Below, one piece after another: positions 11,831-24,149 of a stretch of DNA of 64,000 nt (its first letter is position 1; the number at the start of each line of letters is the position of its first letter). Source of the DNA: Octopus vulgaris (taxonomy: Eukaryota); NCBI GenBank assembly GCA_951406725.2, contig OX597815.1, forward strand, positions 25,420,001-25,484,000, written 5' to 3'. The notes beneath the pieces were generated by a model. The model was given only the letters and a program-made list of their open reading frames with translations. It was not told the origin of the DNA and searched no databases. Made by a program: the position numbers and the translations under genes.

Positions 11831-14712
11831 GCAATAGAAAGTGTGATCATCACTTTTTGGTTTCATTTACCAAATGTTTGTTCCTCCTGGTAGTAAAGCA
11901 AATGTATTTTACTACACTTTAAAAACAAAGATAATTTAGGTATTTTAAAACTTTTCCTACATCATGGCAAAGAAAGTAGAATTATGTTAAGAGAAAATCT
12001 AACTTTTCTTCTCGTTACTAAAGAGGGAGGTGGCAGAAAATTTACCAAATATTTAAGTAGAAGTTGGTTGGCGAAGGACAGGAATGACAGTGCTGATGCA
12101 CTCCTTATTTCTAATGAGTTAGTCTCTTAACTGATAGAGATGGGGACAGATAGGTAGAAAAATTGAGATTATAGGAAAAAAAAATTGTTTTTCAGAGATC
12201 TAGTTATTATTTCTAATGTGTCAAGTAATTACATTGAGGCTTTTCTCATTTGACCTTCTGGCTCAAAAGCCACCCACTCATGTATGGCAGTTAGGGTTAT
12301 TCCAATTGCCAGGGAAGAAATGATTTTAAAAAGTGAAATTTTGGAAAACCATTTTTTTGACAAATGATTATTTTTAGCATGATGAGCAGTTACACAGACC
12401 AACCTCATTTCATCTGGTGGTTCAACAAGCATTCATGATTGTGCAATATGTGGATGTGTTTCGGAGCATAAAAGCAAAAACCAGAGTACAGCACATTGAA
12501 GCAATAAGCAACTAGCCTTTGCAACATCAAATTATCCTTTGCTGAAATACAGCTTGGAATAAAATGGATTCCTTCAATGATGATGGACAAACTTTATCCC
12601 ATCTCTCAAGTAGAACTAATCTTTTCTGTTCATCATTTAAATTACAGCTAAGTTTGATTCTAGTTTCCTACAATATATTACTAGCGACCAGGGGCCTTGT
12701 TTGCCTTAAAAATGTGAGGGGGACAAACCAACATTTGTTGATTCCTGAAGGAGTGTGTTAGTATTGCTTATGATACCTTTCCCAGACCCTATCACATAAG
12801 TAAAATTTTATGCTAATTAAATTTTATATACTCAAATGAAGTTCAGATATACAAAAATAATAAGAATTTATTATATCAAATAAACAAAAAATAAAACATA
12901 GATGCTTGAATAAAAAAATATAAAGTAAATTTATCTCTCACATAAATAAATAATTTAGCAACTTCTTCACAACTAATCTTTTTCAAAACATCTCTATGAA
13001 CATGGCATATTAGAATATGATTAAACCTTTGCTGAGTCATGATCAATTGCAGCCAGGTTTTGAGTCTCCACAGAGCACTAAAAGATCTTTCAACTTCACA
13101 AATTTCCCTGATGTAATATATAGTTTACCTAATTCATTCACATAATTGAAAGCATTTTTCATAAATGAAGTTTGTTGAATGGACTTAGCTATAATAAGTT
13201 GAAATATGAGTGCTGCAGTGCACGTAATGGGCCAGAGGCTGAATCTTTATTTCTGCTTGACAACTAAGACGTTTACCTGTCATATCATATTTCTTGGAGG
13301 AAGAGGTTTAAACATGTTGTATATATTTTATACATTAAGTTTTGGCATGCAACTGGCCAGTAGTTTTTTGCCATATGGGTCGTCCTGCATTTGGGGATCA
13401 GTTTTTTGTCTCTGCCAGAGAGACAACCAGTGTAGTATGCTATTGTTCCCATTGAAAACTTGTTGGGACAGGTTGATAAGATATGGTCAGTATCCAACAA
13501 TCAAGCCTCTTCCAGGTGCTTTTTCATGTATGTATGTATATGTGTGTGTGTGTACATGTGTGAATGTATATAAAGATAAGGAAATAGATTGATAGTAAGA
13601 AGTTTTATTGTTTCTAGGTCAAATTCCTTCTTTCAACAAATGCATGACTGGACAATGACCTTTGAATATCACAAATAAAAGGATACATGCATACTCGCAC
13701 ACACACACATAGTGTCACTTGTAAACTTCATTACTTCAGTGAGGCATTGAAAAATGGTCTTATTTTACAAAAGTACAAGTAAGGAATATGTTCAAAAATT
13801 TAAATTTTGAATTTTGTTTTAATTATCAAATTGTCTCTCATCACTCCAAAGTATTTTTTTCAGCTTTGCAATTTTTGTTTTTATGTTCACATGTTTTTCT
13901 TTTTCTTTGTTTTTTCAACATTTTGTCAAATACTTGAAATAACCACAGGGGAATGGGGCAAAATGAGTAATTACCAATTTTTTATTATTTTCTTACTACT
14001 TGCTTGAAATTATTACATTACAAGTATTGAAACACCATTTTGTACTATTGCATCGTCTTTGGAAGTAAACATTGGTCACCATAGTTGTTGTTGCAGATGA
14101 GAGAGTTTGAAAAAGTCAGGTAGCAAGTACTATTTTTTTCAAGAAATGTTTCCTCAACATTAATCCAATCGTAATTGAGGTTGCTAATAAGATATCTAGA
14201 TAAATTTTGGTGTTTAACAATCAATATTCTTTTCTCTGCACATGGTGTTTTGGTGTTTAACAATCAATATTCTTTTCACTGCACATCGATTTTTATTCCC
14301 ACATTAATGTCCAATTCGATAATTTTCAAATTTCACTTCTCAAATTGTCTAAAGTGGGGCAAAATGAGTAATGACAAATTTCAGTAATTTCTTTTCTTTA
14401 ACTACATGGAGAATAAATGTATCAGGAAGTGAGCCAGGTGGAATTTTGCTTCAAGCACCCCCTATAACCCCTCATAACCTTTTTCTTTTTTGGAATTTTC
14501 AGAAAACTTTTGCGAATTTATATTCTACACCTGGAAATTCAATTCATATGACTATGTAAAAAAACCAGAAAGATTTTTTTTGTGTGTGATTTAAGTGCAA
14601 GTTAGCTGTTATTTTTAGCACATCTAACGACCACCTGATACCCTCCACGTTTGTTTGTCTCTCTGATGTATTGACATTTTTCATTATCTTTCTCCCCATA
14701 AATATTCCATTT

Positions 14713-15598
14713 GGATCTATTCCATCTCAATCACAGATTTTTTAATTAATATTTTTTAACTAAACAATTTGAAACTTTGAATACTGGTAGAATTTCTCAT
14801 GTAGAACACGGTTTACTCAATGTTTTTGACCAAATTTCTTATTTTAGAAGTTATTTCGTGTTAAAGTCGTCATATTTGGATAATTTCAACCAATCAACAA
14901 TGTGTATTCGGTTGAAGAAACTTACTGCTGTTTGCGATAGTAATCGAAGAACAACTTCCAGGTCATCTCTACTAAATGTCACCACGAGTCTGCAGCTAGC
15001 TTTTTTGTTGTTGACAAATATGTAGTTTCAAAATGCTTTATTTTACAGCTTTGAGATGCATTGTTATTGTCATGATTTTATCTTACTATAATCAACAACA
15101 AACATATTTTGTCAAAATAAAAGTCTTTATTGGATAAAAAATAACATTATCAAAACCTGAAAGTAAAACAAAACAAATAGCAGCTTATACACGGGAAAAT
15201 ACGGTAATTGTAGTGGCAGTGACAAGTTCACTCGCTGTTTGCTAGCTGATAGTGTAGAAGGAGGGAAAGAGTAAAGAATGCATGGTGAGGACTAGAAAGG
15301 CAGAAAGGATAAAGCTGACATCGTCTTTGCACAGCATACAAATAGAACAGAGTGAGGATCTATTCCATTTGACGTACAGATTTTTTAATTAATATTTTTT
15401 TAACTAAGCACTTTGAAACTTCAGATACTGGTAGAATGTGTCACATAGAACAGAGTTTACTCTTAACTTTTTTGACAAAATTTTGTATTTTAGAAGTTAT
15501 TTCGTGTTAAAGTTGTCGTTTTTGGGTAACCTTAACCAATCAATGATGTGTATTCAGCTGAAAATTACGGCTGCTGTTTGTGAACAACTTCCGGGCCC
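14713..15598 (+). repeat. two diverged ~245-bp direct repeats (14713-~14963, 15356-~15598)
   Basis: Both begin ggatctattccat and share ttttttaattaatatttttt..atactggtagaat..ttttagaagttatttcgtgttaaag..aaccaatcaa; homologous to the right arm of the element at 26295-26706. Confidence 0.75.
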
Positions 15599-15678
15599 TG
15601 GAATTCTTTCCTGAGCATCCAATAACACTATACTTGTTCCATGTCCTCGCGTTGTTGTGTTTTCATGTTTGGATTAAC

Positions 15679-15732
<54 letters not shown>

Positions 15733-16637
15733 AATTTACATGTACATAGAGCATTAAAAAATACAGAATACTGAGAGAGTGCATAGTATCTTTAACTCGA
15801 CAGCTGTTTCTGGGAGCTCGAAATTACATAATAATCGTTATGTTCATAATTAGCAGATGGATTATGCAAAAAATCGTGGATATGCAACCAGTAAATGGTC
15901 ACATTGAGACATTACCATAAGACCGGCTTCCTTCATTGGGAGAAGAAAATTACAAATCACATCGTACTGTGAGTGATTTAAAGGTTGAAGGGGAGAAAAA
16001 GAAAGGATTGAAAAACAGAGAGGGAGGATGCAGGTGGCTTAAGAAGCAGTAGTAGAAAAAGTAGAGGAAGAGCAAGAAGAAATACAAGGAGGAGGAGGGA
16101 TGGTGGGAGAGGTCAGTAATCGAGGATGGGGGATCAATAAAAATAGAAGAGCCAGAGGAAAGTGGGAAGAGGTAGGATAGGTCTGTATGATGAAAGGAGG
16201 CACCACTGGTAGTTGGGTATGTCACAAAGCAGACGTTAAATCAACCATGGAGATTGCTGGCAAAAGAGAAAGAGAGGAAGAGGCAAGAAATGAAATAAAG
16301 GAATGGGGTGGGGGAGTGTAGAAGAAGTGAGGTGCTGCTGAGATAGGGGTAAGGAGCGAGGGGAGTAGTGAAGAGCAGTCTTTGAAACAATTAGGGATGG
16401 GATCTGAGATATAAAAAAAAAAACAGGAAAAAGTAAGGAAAGAATTCCAGGAATGAGGGTGAGGCAGTGGTGGAGGAAGGAGGATATGCTGAGATACGAA
16501 GAAATGTAGAAAAAGAAGAAGAAGACGGAAAGAGAGAGAGAGAAGTGAATAGTCGGGGCTTAATCGTAATTAGGAATCATAGACACTGCATAATGGGCAA
16601 AAGAGGCGCTTATATGAAAAGATTACGTCAGAGAATC
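15733..16637 (-). mobile_element. decayed Penelope-like element, 3' terminal portion (left flank of the Gypsy insertion)
   Basis: Continues across the AATC TSD from the GIY-YIG-like remnant at 22560-22680; carries a degenerate hammerhead motif at 15796-15942 and abuts a (TA)n(GA)n tract. Confidence 0.5.
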
Positions 16638-17220
16638 TGTAGTGGATGCGTGGATGTATTAATAAATACATAAGTGCTTTGTAATAAATTAAAGATTTAT
16701 TAACACTACATCAATTTGTAAGCAATGTTACACATCGCTTGTACAAAATGCATATTAACTAGTGGTTGCAAATAATACATATTAAAGGAATGCATAATAC
16801 AGGATACACATTAAAGCAGAATATGTTTGATGGTGTGTGTGTGTGCGTGTGTGTAAATAATGCATGACAGAGTCACCTTTCTGAATATTCTTTCGTCGTT
16901 CTCATAAATGCGTGACGTTCTCTTCAACGTTGATTCGGGTTCTCTCAGATACCTATTTCTCCGTTCTATTTATAACATCTCAAATAGCCAGAAAAATAGA
17001 TATACCGCAAGAGAGTTATCATTAAAGTAGGTCGCTGGTCGTCCTGTTAAACTTCGCCTGACCTGCTCGGGTCAGAGGTCGAAGGGAGACGATCCATCAT
17101 TTTTTGTCAGAACAAAGAGATTCTGATTTCGCGCCTTTTTGTGCATTGGTATTTTACGACCAATGATTCTTGGGTCTGATTTCGAATCCAAGCTTTGAGA
17201 AGGAAGTGCTAATTCTTACA
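16638..17220 (-). repeat. 3' LTR
   Basis: TGTA...TACA termini; no difference from 21932-22514 found by eye. Confidence 0.97.
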
Positions 17221-17233
17221 CTACCCCCCTTCT
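17221..17233 (-). other. polypurine tract
   Basis: Minus strand AGAAGGGGGGTAG directly precedes the 3' LTR. Confidence 0.85.
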
Positions 17234-17794
17234 AGTGAGAAAGCCACAGAGATCGAACGATATTGGAAATGTATTATTATTATTATTTTATTATTATTAT
17301 TTTTTTTTTTTTTGATTGTGTGCATGTAGAAAAAAAAATTTTTTTACACATTGAACGATAAAAATATGCATGAAAGGTTTACAATTTGTGTGTGCTATAT
17401 GGTGGGCAATATGTATATGTGCCCAGGCAGAATTATGTTGGCGCGTTGAAAGAGATGTGCGTCTATTGATTACTCGACCTACTAGAGGTCTAATAGAGGC
17501 AAGGTGTCTTTCAGTGGCGAAAAAATATCGAGTGATAGCACGCATGAGAACAAGATTTGTAAATGTGTGTGGATATACAGTTAGCAAAAAAATATATTTA
17601 TGAGAAAGCAAACATTTTGAAGAGAAAACAAAAAATATGTACATGCAAAAATGAAAGAAATGTTCATCGGCAAAGTTCGATTTTGAAATGTTCCGTAAAA
17701 GTTCATACAGACAGTTTTTGTTTTCATTTTTTTTTTCTTTACGTACACAAATGTTCTTTGATTTCTCTGGGTGGGTGATGCAGTTATGTGTTCA

Positions 17795-20700
17795 TTAGGA
17801 AGATGGATACGTTAGGAGTTCAGAACTTACCCGAAAAACTTGCACAAACCGTGCTGGCCATCGAACTGTTCTTCCTGATTTGGTGTGTCGGGGTTGTGCA
17901 GAATCTGTGGTGTTCGCTGGAGTTGCCGAGTCTGTTTGAGGAAAAGAGGGGACTGTATGTAAGTCCTCCTCGATGAAAGCTTTTTTTAAACGATCAATCG
18001 AGACCGTATTTCGTTTACCTCCAATATCGAGGACGAAATACTTGGGTTCTCTTTTGATGACCTTGTAGGGCCCGGAATATGGTGGTCGAAGTTGAGAGGG
18101 TATCCCATCATTCCTCACGAAGACATGAGTCCATGTGTTGATATCTTTTGGGACACGTGAAACGACGTTCTGTTGTCTGGGGCCTGAGGGTGATACTTGC
18201 GACATGGATGTTCGTAATCGGTGCACATATTGTTGTGGGTCAGGGAAGTTTTGTGAAACAGGTTCGATCATCTGCCCAGGTAAGGTGAGTGTTGTGCCAT
18301 AAACGAGTTCGGCCGGAGTATATCCCAGTTCTTCCTTAATCGTGGATCGAATTCCAAGGAGGATGAGAGGGAGATGTTCCAACCAGTGAGAACTGTCTGG
18401 AGCTGCTTTTATAGATGCCTTGAGTTGGCGGTGAAAGCGTTCCACCATGCCATTTGCTGCAGGGTGGTAAGCTGTAGTGCGGGTGTGTTTACACCCGAGG
18501 AGACGAGTCAGCTCGGTGAAAAGGTGGGAATCGAACTGACGTCCTCTGTCGGTGGTAATTGTTGCGGGTGTGCCAAAACGCGAAACCCATTGTGATATCA
18601 GTGTTTTAGCGACCGTTTCTGCTGATATATCAGATAGAGGCCAGGCTTCGGGCCATCGCGAGAACCTATCTACGCAAGTTAGCAAATATGAATAGTTCTG
18701 CGAAGGTGGCAGGGGTCCAACGATATCAATGTGAACGTGCTGAAATCGTGCATCGGGCTGCGAAAATGAACCGATTGGTGATTTTATGTGCCGGTGGATT
18801 TTCGCTTTTTGGCACGCAACACAGCACTTGGTCCATTCTCTGATATCCTTGTTGATACTGGTCCACACAAAACGGGTCGATATTAGCTTTTGAGTGGAGC
18901 GAATACCAGGATGTGACAGAGAATGTAGAGCGGAGAAAACTTCTCGACGATATTTCTGTGGTACATAAGGGCGTTGGTAACCAGTGGAAATATCACACCA
19001 AATATGGGCTGTGGATGATGGTAGTGGAACATGCTGAAATTTCAGAGATGACGAATTCCGGAGCTTTAGAAGTTCTTCGTCATTCTCCTGGTCAGCTGCT
19101 ATACGTGCCAGATCAATTGTAGACGTGGTGTGGATAGCATTGATCTGCGCACGTGAAAGTGCATCGGCTGCCACGTTGGTCGTCCCTTTGATGTGGCGTA
19201 TATCCGTCGTGTACTGCGATATGAAGTCGAGGTGACGAATTTCTCTCGGCGAATGGCGATCCGGTTTGGTGTTAAATGCGTATACTAATGGCTTGTGGTC
19301 GGTATATATGGCAAAATTGGTACCTTCTAGCATATGACGGAAATGCTTAACGGCCAGGTATGCCGCCAATAATTCCCGACTGAATGTGCTGTATTTGGTT
19401 TCCGCGGGTTTTAACCGCTTAGAAAAGAAAGACAACGGTTGCCATATACCGTCAACAAGCTGTTGTAGCACACCTCCGATTCCGGAATCGGATGCATCAA
19501 CGAGTAAACATCGTGGGGCGTCTGGTTTTGGATAAACCAACATGGTAGCGCTAGATAACGCTTTTTTCAGGGCAGCGAAAGAAATGAGTTGATCTTCGGT
19601 CAGAGCTATATCTGCATTTTTGCAGGTTCGCTGACGTAGCAAATCCGTGAGCGGTTGCGCTATTTCAGCGAGGTGGGGCACGAACCGTCGATAGAAATTC
19701 GCTAGACCGAGATATTCCCTTAATTTGCGGAGAGATGTGGGTGGAGGAAAATCCACGATGGCCTTGACTTTCTCGGGAAGGGGACGAATTCCATTTTTAT
19801 CGACTATATGGCCGAGAAAATGAAGGGAAGCAACTCCGAACAAACATTTAGTAGGGTTGATAACAATTCCGAATGTACGTAAACGTTCGAATAGCAGGTG
19901 AAGGTGTTGATTATGCTCTTCGTCCGAGTTACTGGCCACGAGTATGTCGTCTATGTAGGCATAGACGAAAGGCAAACCTCTAGTCACCATGTCGATAAAC
20001 CTTTGGAATGTCTGTGCCGCGTTTCGTAAACCGAAAGGCATACGCAGGAATTCAAACATTCCGAAAGGTGTAGTCACTGCTGTCTTTGAGATGTCTGCAG
20101 GTTCGACTGGGATTTGGTTGTATGCTCGCACCAGGTCGATTTTTGAAAAGATGCGAGCTCCATGCAGCGAGCTCGAAAAGTCCTGAAGAAAAGGCACCGG
20201 ATAGGCATCACTGATAGTGCTTTTATTCAGTGATCGATAATCGCCGCAAACCCGCCAATCGGTCGATGATTTTTTTGGGACGCAGTGTATCGGCGAGGAC
20301 CAGTTGCTGCTGGAAACGCGGATGATTCCGAGGTCGAGCATGTGCTGGAATTCCCGCTTGACGGCCTGGAGACGATCAGGTGGTAACCTTCTGGGCCTTG
20401 CAGCAACAGGTGGACCGCTGGTTTTGATGTGGTGGGTAACGTCGTGCTTTATCGGCTGGTTATGAAAAACTGGCCGGGCGACATCTGGATAATCATTCAG
20501 GATGGAACTGTGACGAGTCGTTGTCGTAAGCATTACAGTTGGGCTGACTGTGTCCATTCGAGCGGCTATACCGCGCACAGTAAGCTTGGTGGTGGTGTCG
20601 ACAAGTCGTCTGTTCTTTATGTCTACCAGGAGACCGAAATGATGCAGGAAATCGGCTCCTAAGATAGGGGTCGGCAGTTTAGCGACGACGAATACCCACT

Positions 20701-20962
20701 GAAATGTGCGGCGTAGTCCTATGTTTAATGTTAGGGACTGTTCACCGTAGGTTGGAATGGGTGAATGGTTGACTGCCTGAAGACAGACTGATGTCTCTTT
20801 TCTTTTTCCAGAAGTGTTGGAGACTGGTATGATGCTGACTTCCGCACCTGTGTCAACCAGGAAACGCGTGCCTGTTACACGATCGCAAACGAAAAACAGG
20901 CGACTGTGTGGGTGCGAACCAGGAACTTCCGTCGCGTTCAATTCCTGGCTGTGCCGTTTCCC
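17795..20962 (-). CDS. pol: Pol polyprotein (protease, RT, RNase H, integrase), expressed by -1 frameshift from gag
   Basis: Open frame 17795-21037: [10 protein letters not shown] (PR), YAYIDDILV (RT), LVDASD (RH), HSLSH..CVAC, HIDIVGP/TTDRG/VERF (IN D,D35E) and PYSGPY (GPY/F). The start is placed at the slippery site rather than the ORF-track start. Confidence 0.95.
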   Translation of the reverse strand, partial: GKRHSQELNATEVPGSHPHSRLFFVCDRVTGTRFLVDTGAEVSIIPVSNTSGKRKETSVCLQAVNHSPIPTYGEQSLTLNIGLRRTFQWVFVVAKLPTPILGADFLHHFGLLVDIKNRRLVDTTTKLTVRGIAARMDTVSPTVMLTTTTRHSSILNDYPDVARPVFHNQPIKHDVTHHIKTSGPPVAARPRRLPPDRLQAVKREFQHMLDLGIIRVSSSNWSSPIHCVPKKSSTDWRVCGDYRSLNKSTISDAYPVPFLQDFSSSLHGARIFSKIDLVRAYNQIPVEPADISKTAVTTPFGMFEFLRMPFGLRNAAQTFQRFIDMVTRGLPFVYAYIDDILVASNSDEEHNQHLHLLFERLRTFGIVINPTKCLFGVASLHFLGHIVDKNGIRPLPEKVKAIVDFPPPTSLRKLREYLGLANFYRRFVPHLAEIAQPLTDLLRQRTCKNADIALTEDQLISFAALKKALSSATMLVYPKPDAPRCLLVDASDSGIGGVLQQLVDGIWQPLSFFSKRLKPAETKYSTFSRELLAAYLAVKHFRHMLEGTNFAIYTDHKPLVYAFNTKPDRHSPREIRHLDFISQYTTDIRHIKGTTNVAADALSRAQINAIHTTSTIDLARIAADQENDEELLKLRNSSSLKFQHVPLPSSTAHIWCDISTGYQRPYVPQKYRREVFSALHSLSHPGIRSTQKLISTRFVWTSINKDIREWTKCCVACQKAKIHRHIKSPIGSFSQPDARFQHVHIDIVGPLPPSQNYSYLLTCVDRFSRWPEAWPLSDISAETVAKTLISQWVSRFGTPATITTDRGRQFDSHLFTELTRLLGCKHTRTTAYHPAANGMVERFHRQLKASIKAAPDSSHWLEHLPLILLGIRSTIKEELGYTPAELVYGTTLTLPGQMIEPVSQNFPDPQQYVHRLRTSMSQVSPSGPRQQNVVSRVPKDINTWTHVFVRNDGIPSQLRPPYSGPYKVIKREPKYFVLDIGGKRNTVSIDRLKKAFIEEDLHTVPSFPQTDSATPANTTDSAQPRHTKSGRTVRWPARFVQVFRVSSELLTYPSS
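20900..20962 (-). promoter_or_regulatory. -1 programmed ribosomal frameshift signal (G GGA AAC plus pseudoknot)
   Basis: Heptamer at 20956-20962 in the gag frame; a -1 slip enters pol (GKRHSQEL); an 11-bp stem starts 5 nt downstream. Confidence 0.85.
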
Positions 20963-21813
20963 GAACTGGGTGAGGAAAACGAGCACGGTACCGTACATTT
21001 TTGTGCCCGTGTTCCGAATGTTCGGTGGTACCAACACGTGTCATGTGAGCTCCGGGTAGCACTAGGGCTTCGGGACCGTCTGCCATCTCGTCGAGATCGG
21101 CTGGTGCTTCGACGCTGGGGACTAAACTTTAGGGCTTGTATTTGGGCTGTGAGAATTTGTATTTGCGCAGCTTGCTGCGTCATTAATGCACGCAAATCCG
21201 AAATCTCTGAAGAACTGGTTTGTGCACGGAAAGGATTGGTACTGGGAGAGGCTGGCGTCACCGACGATACCGTTGGATATCTGTGCGGTACTTCGGCTAT
21301 TTTGTCAGCTAGCTCCGCCAGTTCTTCAAGGGATGTGTTTTCTCTGGTGGACGCGAGAACAACCTGGGTATTGGAGGGCAGACGCTGGAGAAAAAGTTGC
21401 TTGAAGATTTTTTCTGGGAGCGTCTCATCTCCGAGAAGCTGTTTCATTCTCCGAAGAAGCTGGGACGGCGTTTTGTCACCCAATTCTTCCGATATCAGAA
21501 GCTGGTGAAGTCTTTTTTGTTGGGATTCTGAGGTTCTGTTTATTAACGTAGTTTTAAAAACTTCATATGAAACAGAACCGGGTGGTGCCATGATAAGGTC
21601 GCGTATCACGTTCGTTATTTCTGGTGACAGAGAACTGATAACGTGAGAAAGTCGAGCCGCATCGCTCGATATTCTGTGAGAGGCAAACTGTGCCTCTATA
21701 TGGTGAAACCACAATGTCGGGTCGTGGGTCCAGAATGGTGGAATTTTTAACGAGATCGCCGCTTGGAATGCCATGTCGATATTGGCCGCTGGGTTTTGTT
21801 CCGGGAGATTCAT
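20938..21813 (-). CDS. gag: Gag protein
   Basis: 291 aa; [39 protein letters not shown] and the C-terminal [18 protein letters not shown] (CHCC) are typical of CsRn1-clade Gag. Confidence 0.93.
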   Translation of the reverse strand: MNLPEQNPAANIDMAFQAAISLKIPPFWTHDPTLWFHHIEAQFASHRISSDAARLSHVISSLSPEITNVIRDLIMAPPGSVSYEVFKTTLINRTSESQQKRLHQLLISEELGDKTPSQLLRRMKQLLGDETLPEKIFKQLFLQRLPSNTQVVLASTRENTSLEELAELADKIAEVPHRYPTVSSVTPASPSTNPFRAQTSSSEISDLRALMTQQAAQIQILTAQIQALKFSPQRRSTSRSRRDGRRSRSPSATRSSHDTCWYHRTFGTRAQKCTVPCSFSSPSSGNGTARN

Positions 21814-21918
21814 TGTTTTCGTCGGAATTTTCTGTTGCTTCGTTGCTGGTGATGTGCAAACTGTAATTCTTCGACGCGGTTGATGAAGCTGGTTCCGGGG
21901 AAGGCGCGATTCGTTTTA

Positions 21919-21929
21919 CGGGGTCACCA
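21919..21929 (-). other. primer binding site complementary to tRNA-Trp
   Basis: Minus strand TGGTGACCCCG 2 nt after the 5' LTR; complementary to the tRNA-Trp 3' end (..CGGGGTCACCA). Confidence 0.9.
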
Positions 21930-21931
21930 AA

Positions 21932-22514
21932 TGTAGTGGATGCGTGGATGTATTAATAAATACATAAGTGCTTTGTAATAAATTAAAGATTTATTAACAC
22001 TACATCAATTTGTAAGCAATGTTACACATCGCTTGTACAAAATGCATATTAACTAGTGGTTGCAAATAATACATATTAAAGGAATGCATAATACAGGATA
22101 CACATTAAAGCAGAATATGTTTGATGGTGTGTGTGTGTGCGTGTGTGTAAATAATGCATGACAGAGTCACCTTTCTGAATATTCTTTCGTCGTTCTCATA
22201 AATGCGTGACGTTCTCTTCAACGTTGATTCGGGTTCTCTCAGATACCTATTTCTCCGTTCTATTTATAACATCTCAAATAGCCAGAAAAATAGATATACC
22301 GCAAGAGAGTTATCATTAAAGTAGGTCGCTGGTCGTCCTGTTAAACTTCGCCTGACCTGCTCGGGTCAGAGGTCGAAGGGAGACGATCCATCATTTTTTG
22401 TCAGAACAAAGAGATTCTGATTTCGCGCCTTTTTGTGCATTGGTATTTTACGACCAATGATTCTTGGGTCTGATTTCGAATCCAAGCTTTGAGAAGGAAG
22501 TGCTAATTCTTACA
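21932..22514 (-). repeat. 5' LTR
   Basis: 583 bp; on the minus strand, TATAAATA at 22261-22268 and AATAAA at 21990-21995. Confidence 0.97.
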
Positions 22515-22518
22515 AATC

Positions 22519-22700
22519 TATTGGGTCATTACTTGGTGAGGAAGGACAGCGAGTGATTTTGAACGCAATTTACAAACACAGAGATTAGTATTAAACAGGG
22601 AAGCTTCGCAAACAACGGGCCAGGATAAAGTATAGGGAATATTTTGATACTTGAGGTTGTGCTAGTATTTTTCGAGTTTTCACATCAATGGCTCGGATTT
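22519..22700 (-). pseudogene. Penelope-like GIY-YIG endonuclease C-terminal remnant
   Basis: KLEKY*HNLKYQNIPYTLSWPVVCEASLFNTNLCVCKL resembles the LSKYIWxLKxxNIPYxIxWxI..ASPYN....CxLC motif at the end of PLE ORFs (recalled motif, not searched). Confidence 0.55.
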
Positions 22701-23334
22701 CATTAAGCGTCCAATCAAGCAGCCCAAATCTTCATATGAGTACTGGCACCGCAGAAACAGTGTGTGTGTGTGCTTCAGAGCCTCAACGAGTGTGAAACGT
22801 CTGGCTGTGTACTCCTTTTTTAGGCCATGTACGTCAACCATCTGAAGTCCCATGGAAAATCCCATGAAGGACTTATGCTACGTCCTTCCTCCCACACCGG
22901 GTGCTTCAACTTGTGTAGTGTGTGAAAGGGCTATGCAAGTCGATTTCGGATCTGTAGAGACCTATGGCTGTTCACAGGAATCATATCTCACTAAATGATC
23001 CAATGGAAGTTGTCACCTATGCTTCAAACTATACAGATCTGCAGCGGGACTGAATCGTCACTTGAGAGGTCACAGACGGAATCTCAAAAATGCCATTGAC
23101 AACATGGAAACTCAGAGAGACGGCAATCATATGTGAAGAGGGAGCAATCACTGTGTGTATGTGTGCACGAGTATGAGTATTTATAACGTGTGTCGATTCT
23201 TTGGTGTTTTTCATCCTTCCTTTCTTTTTCTCTCCCATCTTTTACTGTTACCATCTTAGCACTCGTCACAACTTCCTCGTCTATCACTCATCCCCCCACC
23301 TCTCTAACTCCATCTATCTATCTATCTATCTATC

Positions 23335-24100
23335 GAGAAGCATTACCTGTTCGGGATAAGCTCTACAGACACGGTTCCAGACACACTGGACCGACTTGCC
23401 CGAGATGCGGTCAGAGCGACGAAACCGTTCTGCACGCACCCGTGCAATGTCCAACCATTTCAGACCTGTGGGCTTATGTCGAACGGCTGCTGTCACGTGT
23501 GGGACGAGTCCGCCTATCGGCCGAGTCTATCGTGGTTATTGTCCCTCAACCGGGAAGGCAAGACAGTTTTCATCGTACTGGTGGCCATGGTGAAAAAATG
23601 TGTGTGGTGGACCCGAGCGAAAGGATTAGAGACAAACACTTACCTCTCTGGCCAATCGCTCATCAACTTTTTCAAGTACCACTTGAAAAGGAAGGTGACA
23701 ATGGAGAGGGAAGTTTTGTCTCGCGAAAGATTAAAAAAAAGATGGGTGAATGTAGCAAAGATGGTGCGTGCGAGTGACGAAACCTTTTTGAGCATAACCC
23801 TGTAAATCGTAAAAAAGAGAGAGAGAGAGAGCATTTTGCTCTCATGTGGTTATTTCCTCCCTGACTGAGGTTCCCGTGGTCTTTTCTGCAGACTTTTCTT
23901 CCCACGGATGAACCCAATCTTGTTTTATTAATGTTTTTTTTTTAATTGTTTCTGTGATAAACGATTTTTTTTTCTCTCTCGATCCCATTTGATCGAAATC
24001 TTACATTTATTTTCCTTTTTCTTTTCCACCCTCGAAAAGAAAAGCTCTACATTTGTATTTGTCCCCTCTGTGTTCAGCCCTGTGTGGCTAATAAAAGAAA
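23335..24100 (+). mobile_element. 5'-truncated L1/Tx1-group LINE
   Basis: REALPVRDKLYRHG....CPRCGQSDETVLHAPVQC...DLWAYVERLL (zf-RVT CCHC), then a T-rich 3' UTR ending aataaaagaaa; (TCTA)n on both sides. Confidence 0.8.
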
Positions 24101-24101
24101 G

Positions 24102-24149
<48 letters not shown>

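Larger units (their letters stand above)
16638..22514 (-). mobile_element. full-length Ty3/Gypsy LTR retrotransposon, CsRn1 clade
   Basis: Two 583-bp TG..CA LTRs, AATC TSD (16634-16637, 22515-22518), tRNA-Trp PBS, PPT, gag with CX2HX9CX3C knuckle, pol in PR-RT-RH-IN order. Confidence 0.97.

Noticed and set aside
12220-14580. Possible very old DNA-transposon coding remnants and a repeated tggggcaaaatgagtaa motif
   Set aside because: No diagnostic motif or termini could be established by eye.
20906-21508. 200-aa + strand ORF antisense to gag
   Set aside because: Shadow ORF of GC-rich coding sequence, with no recognisable motif.
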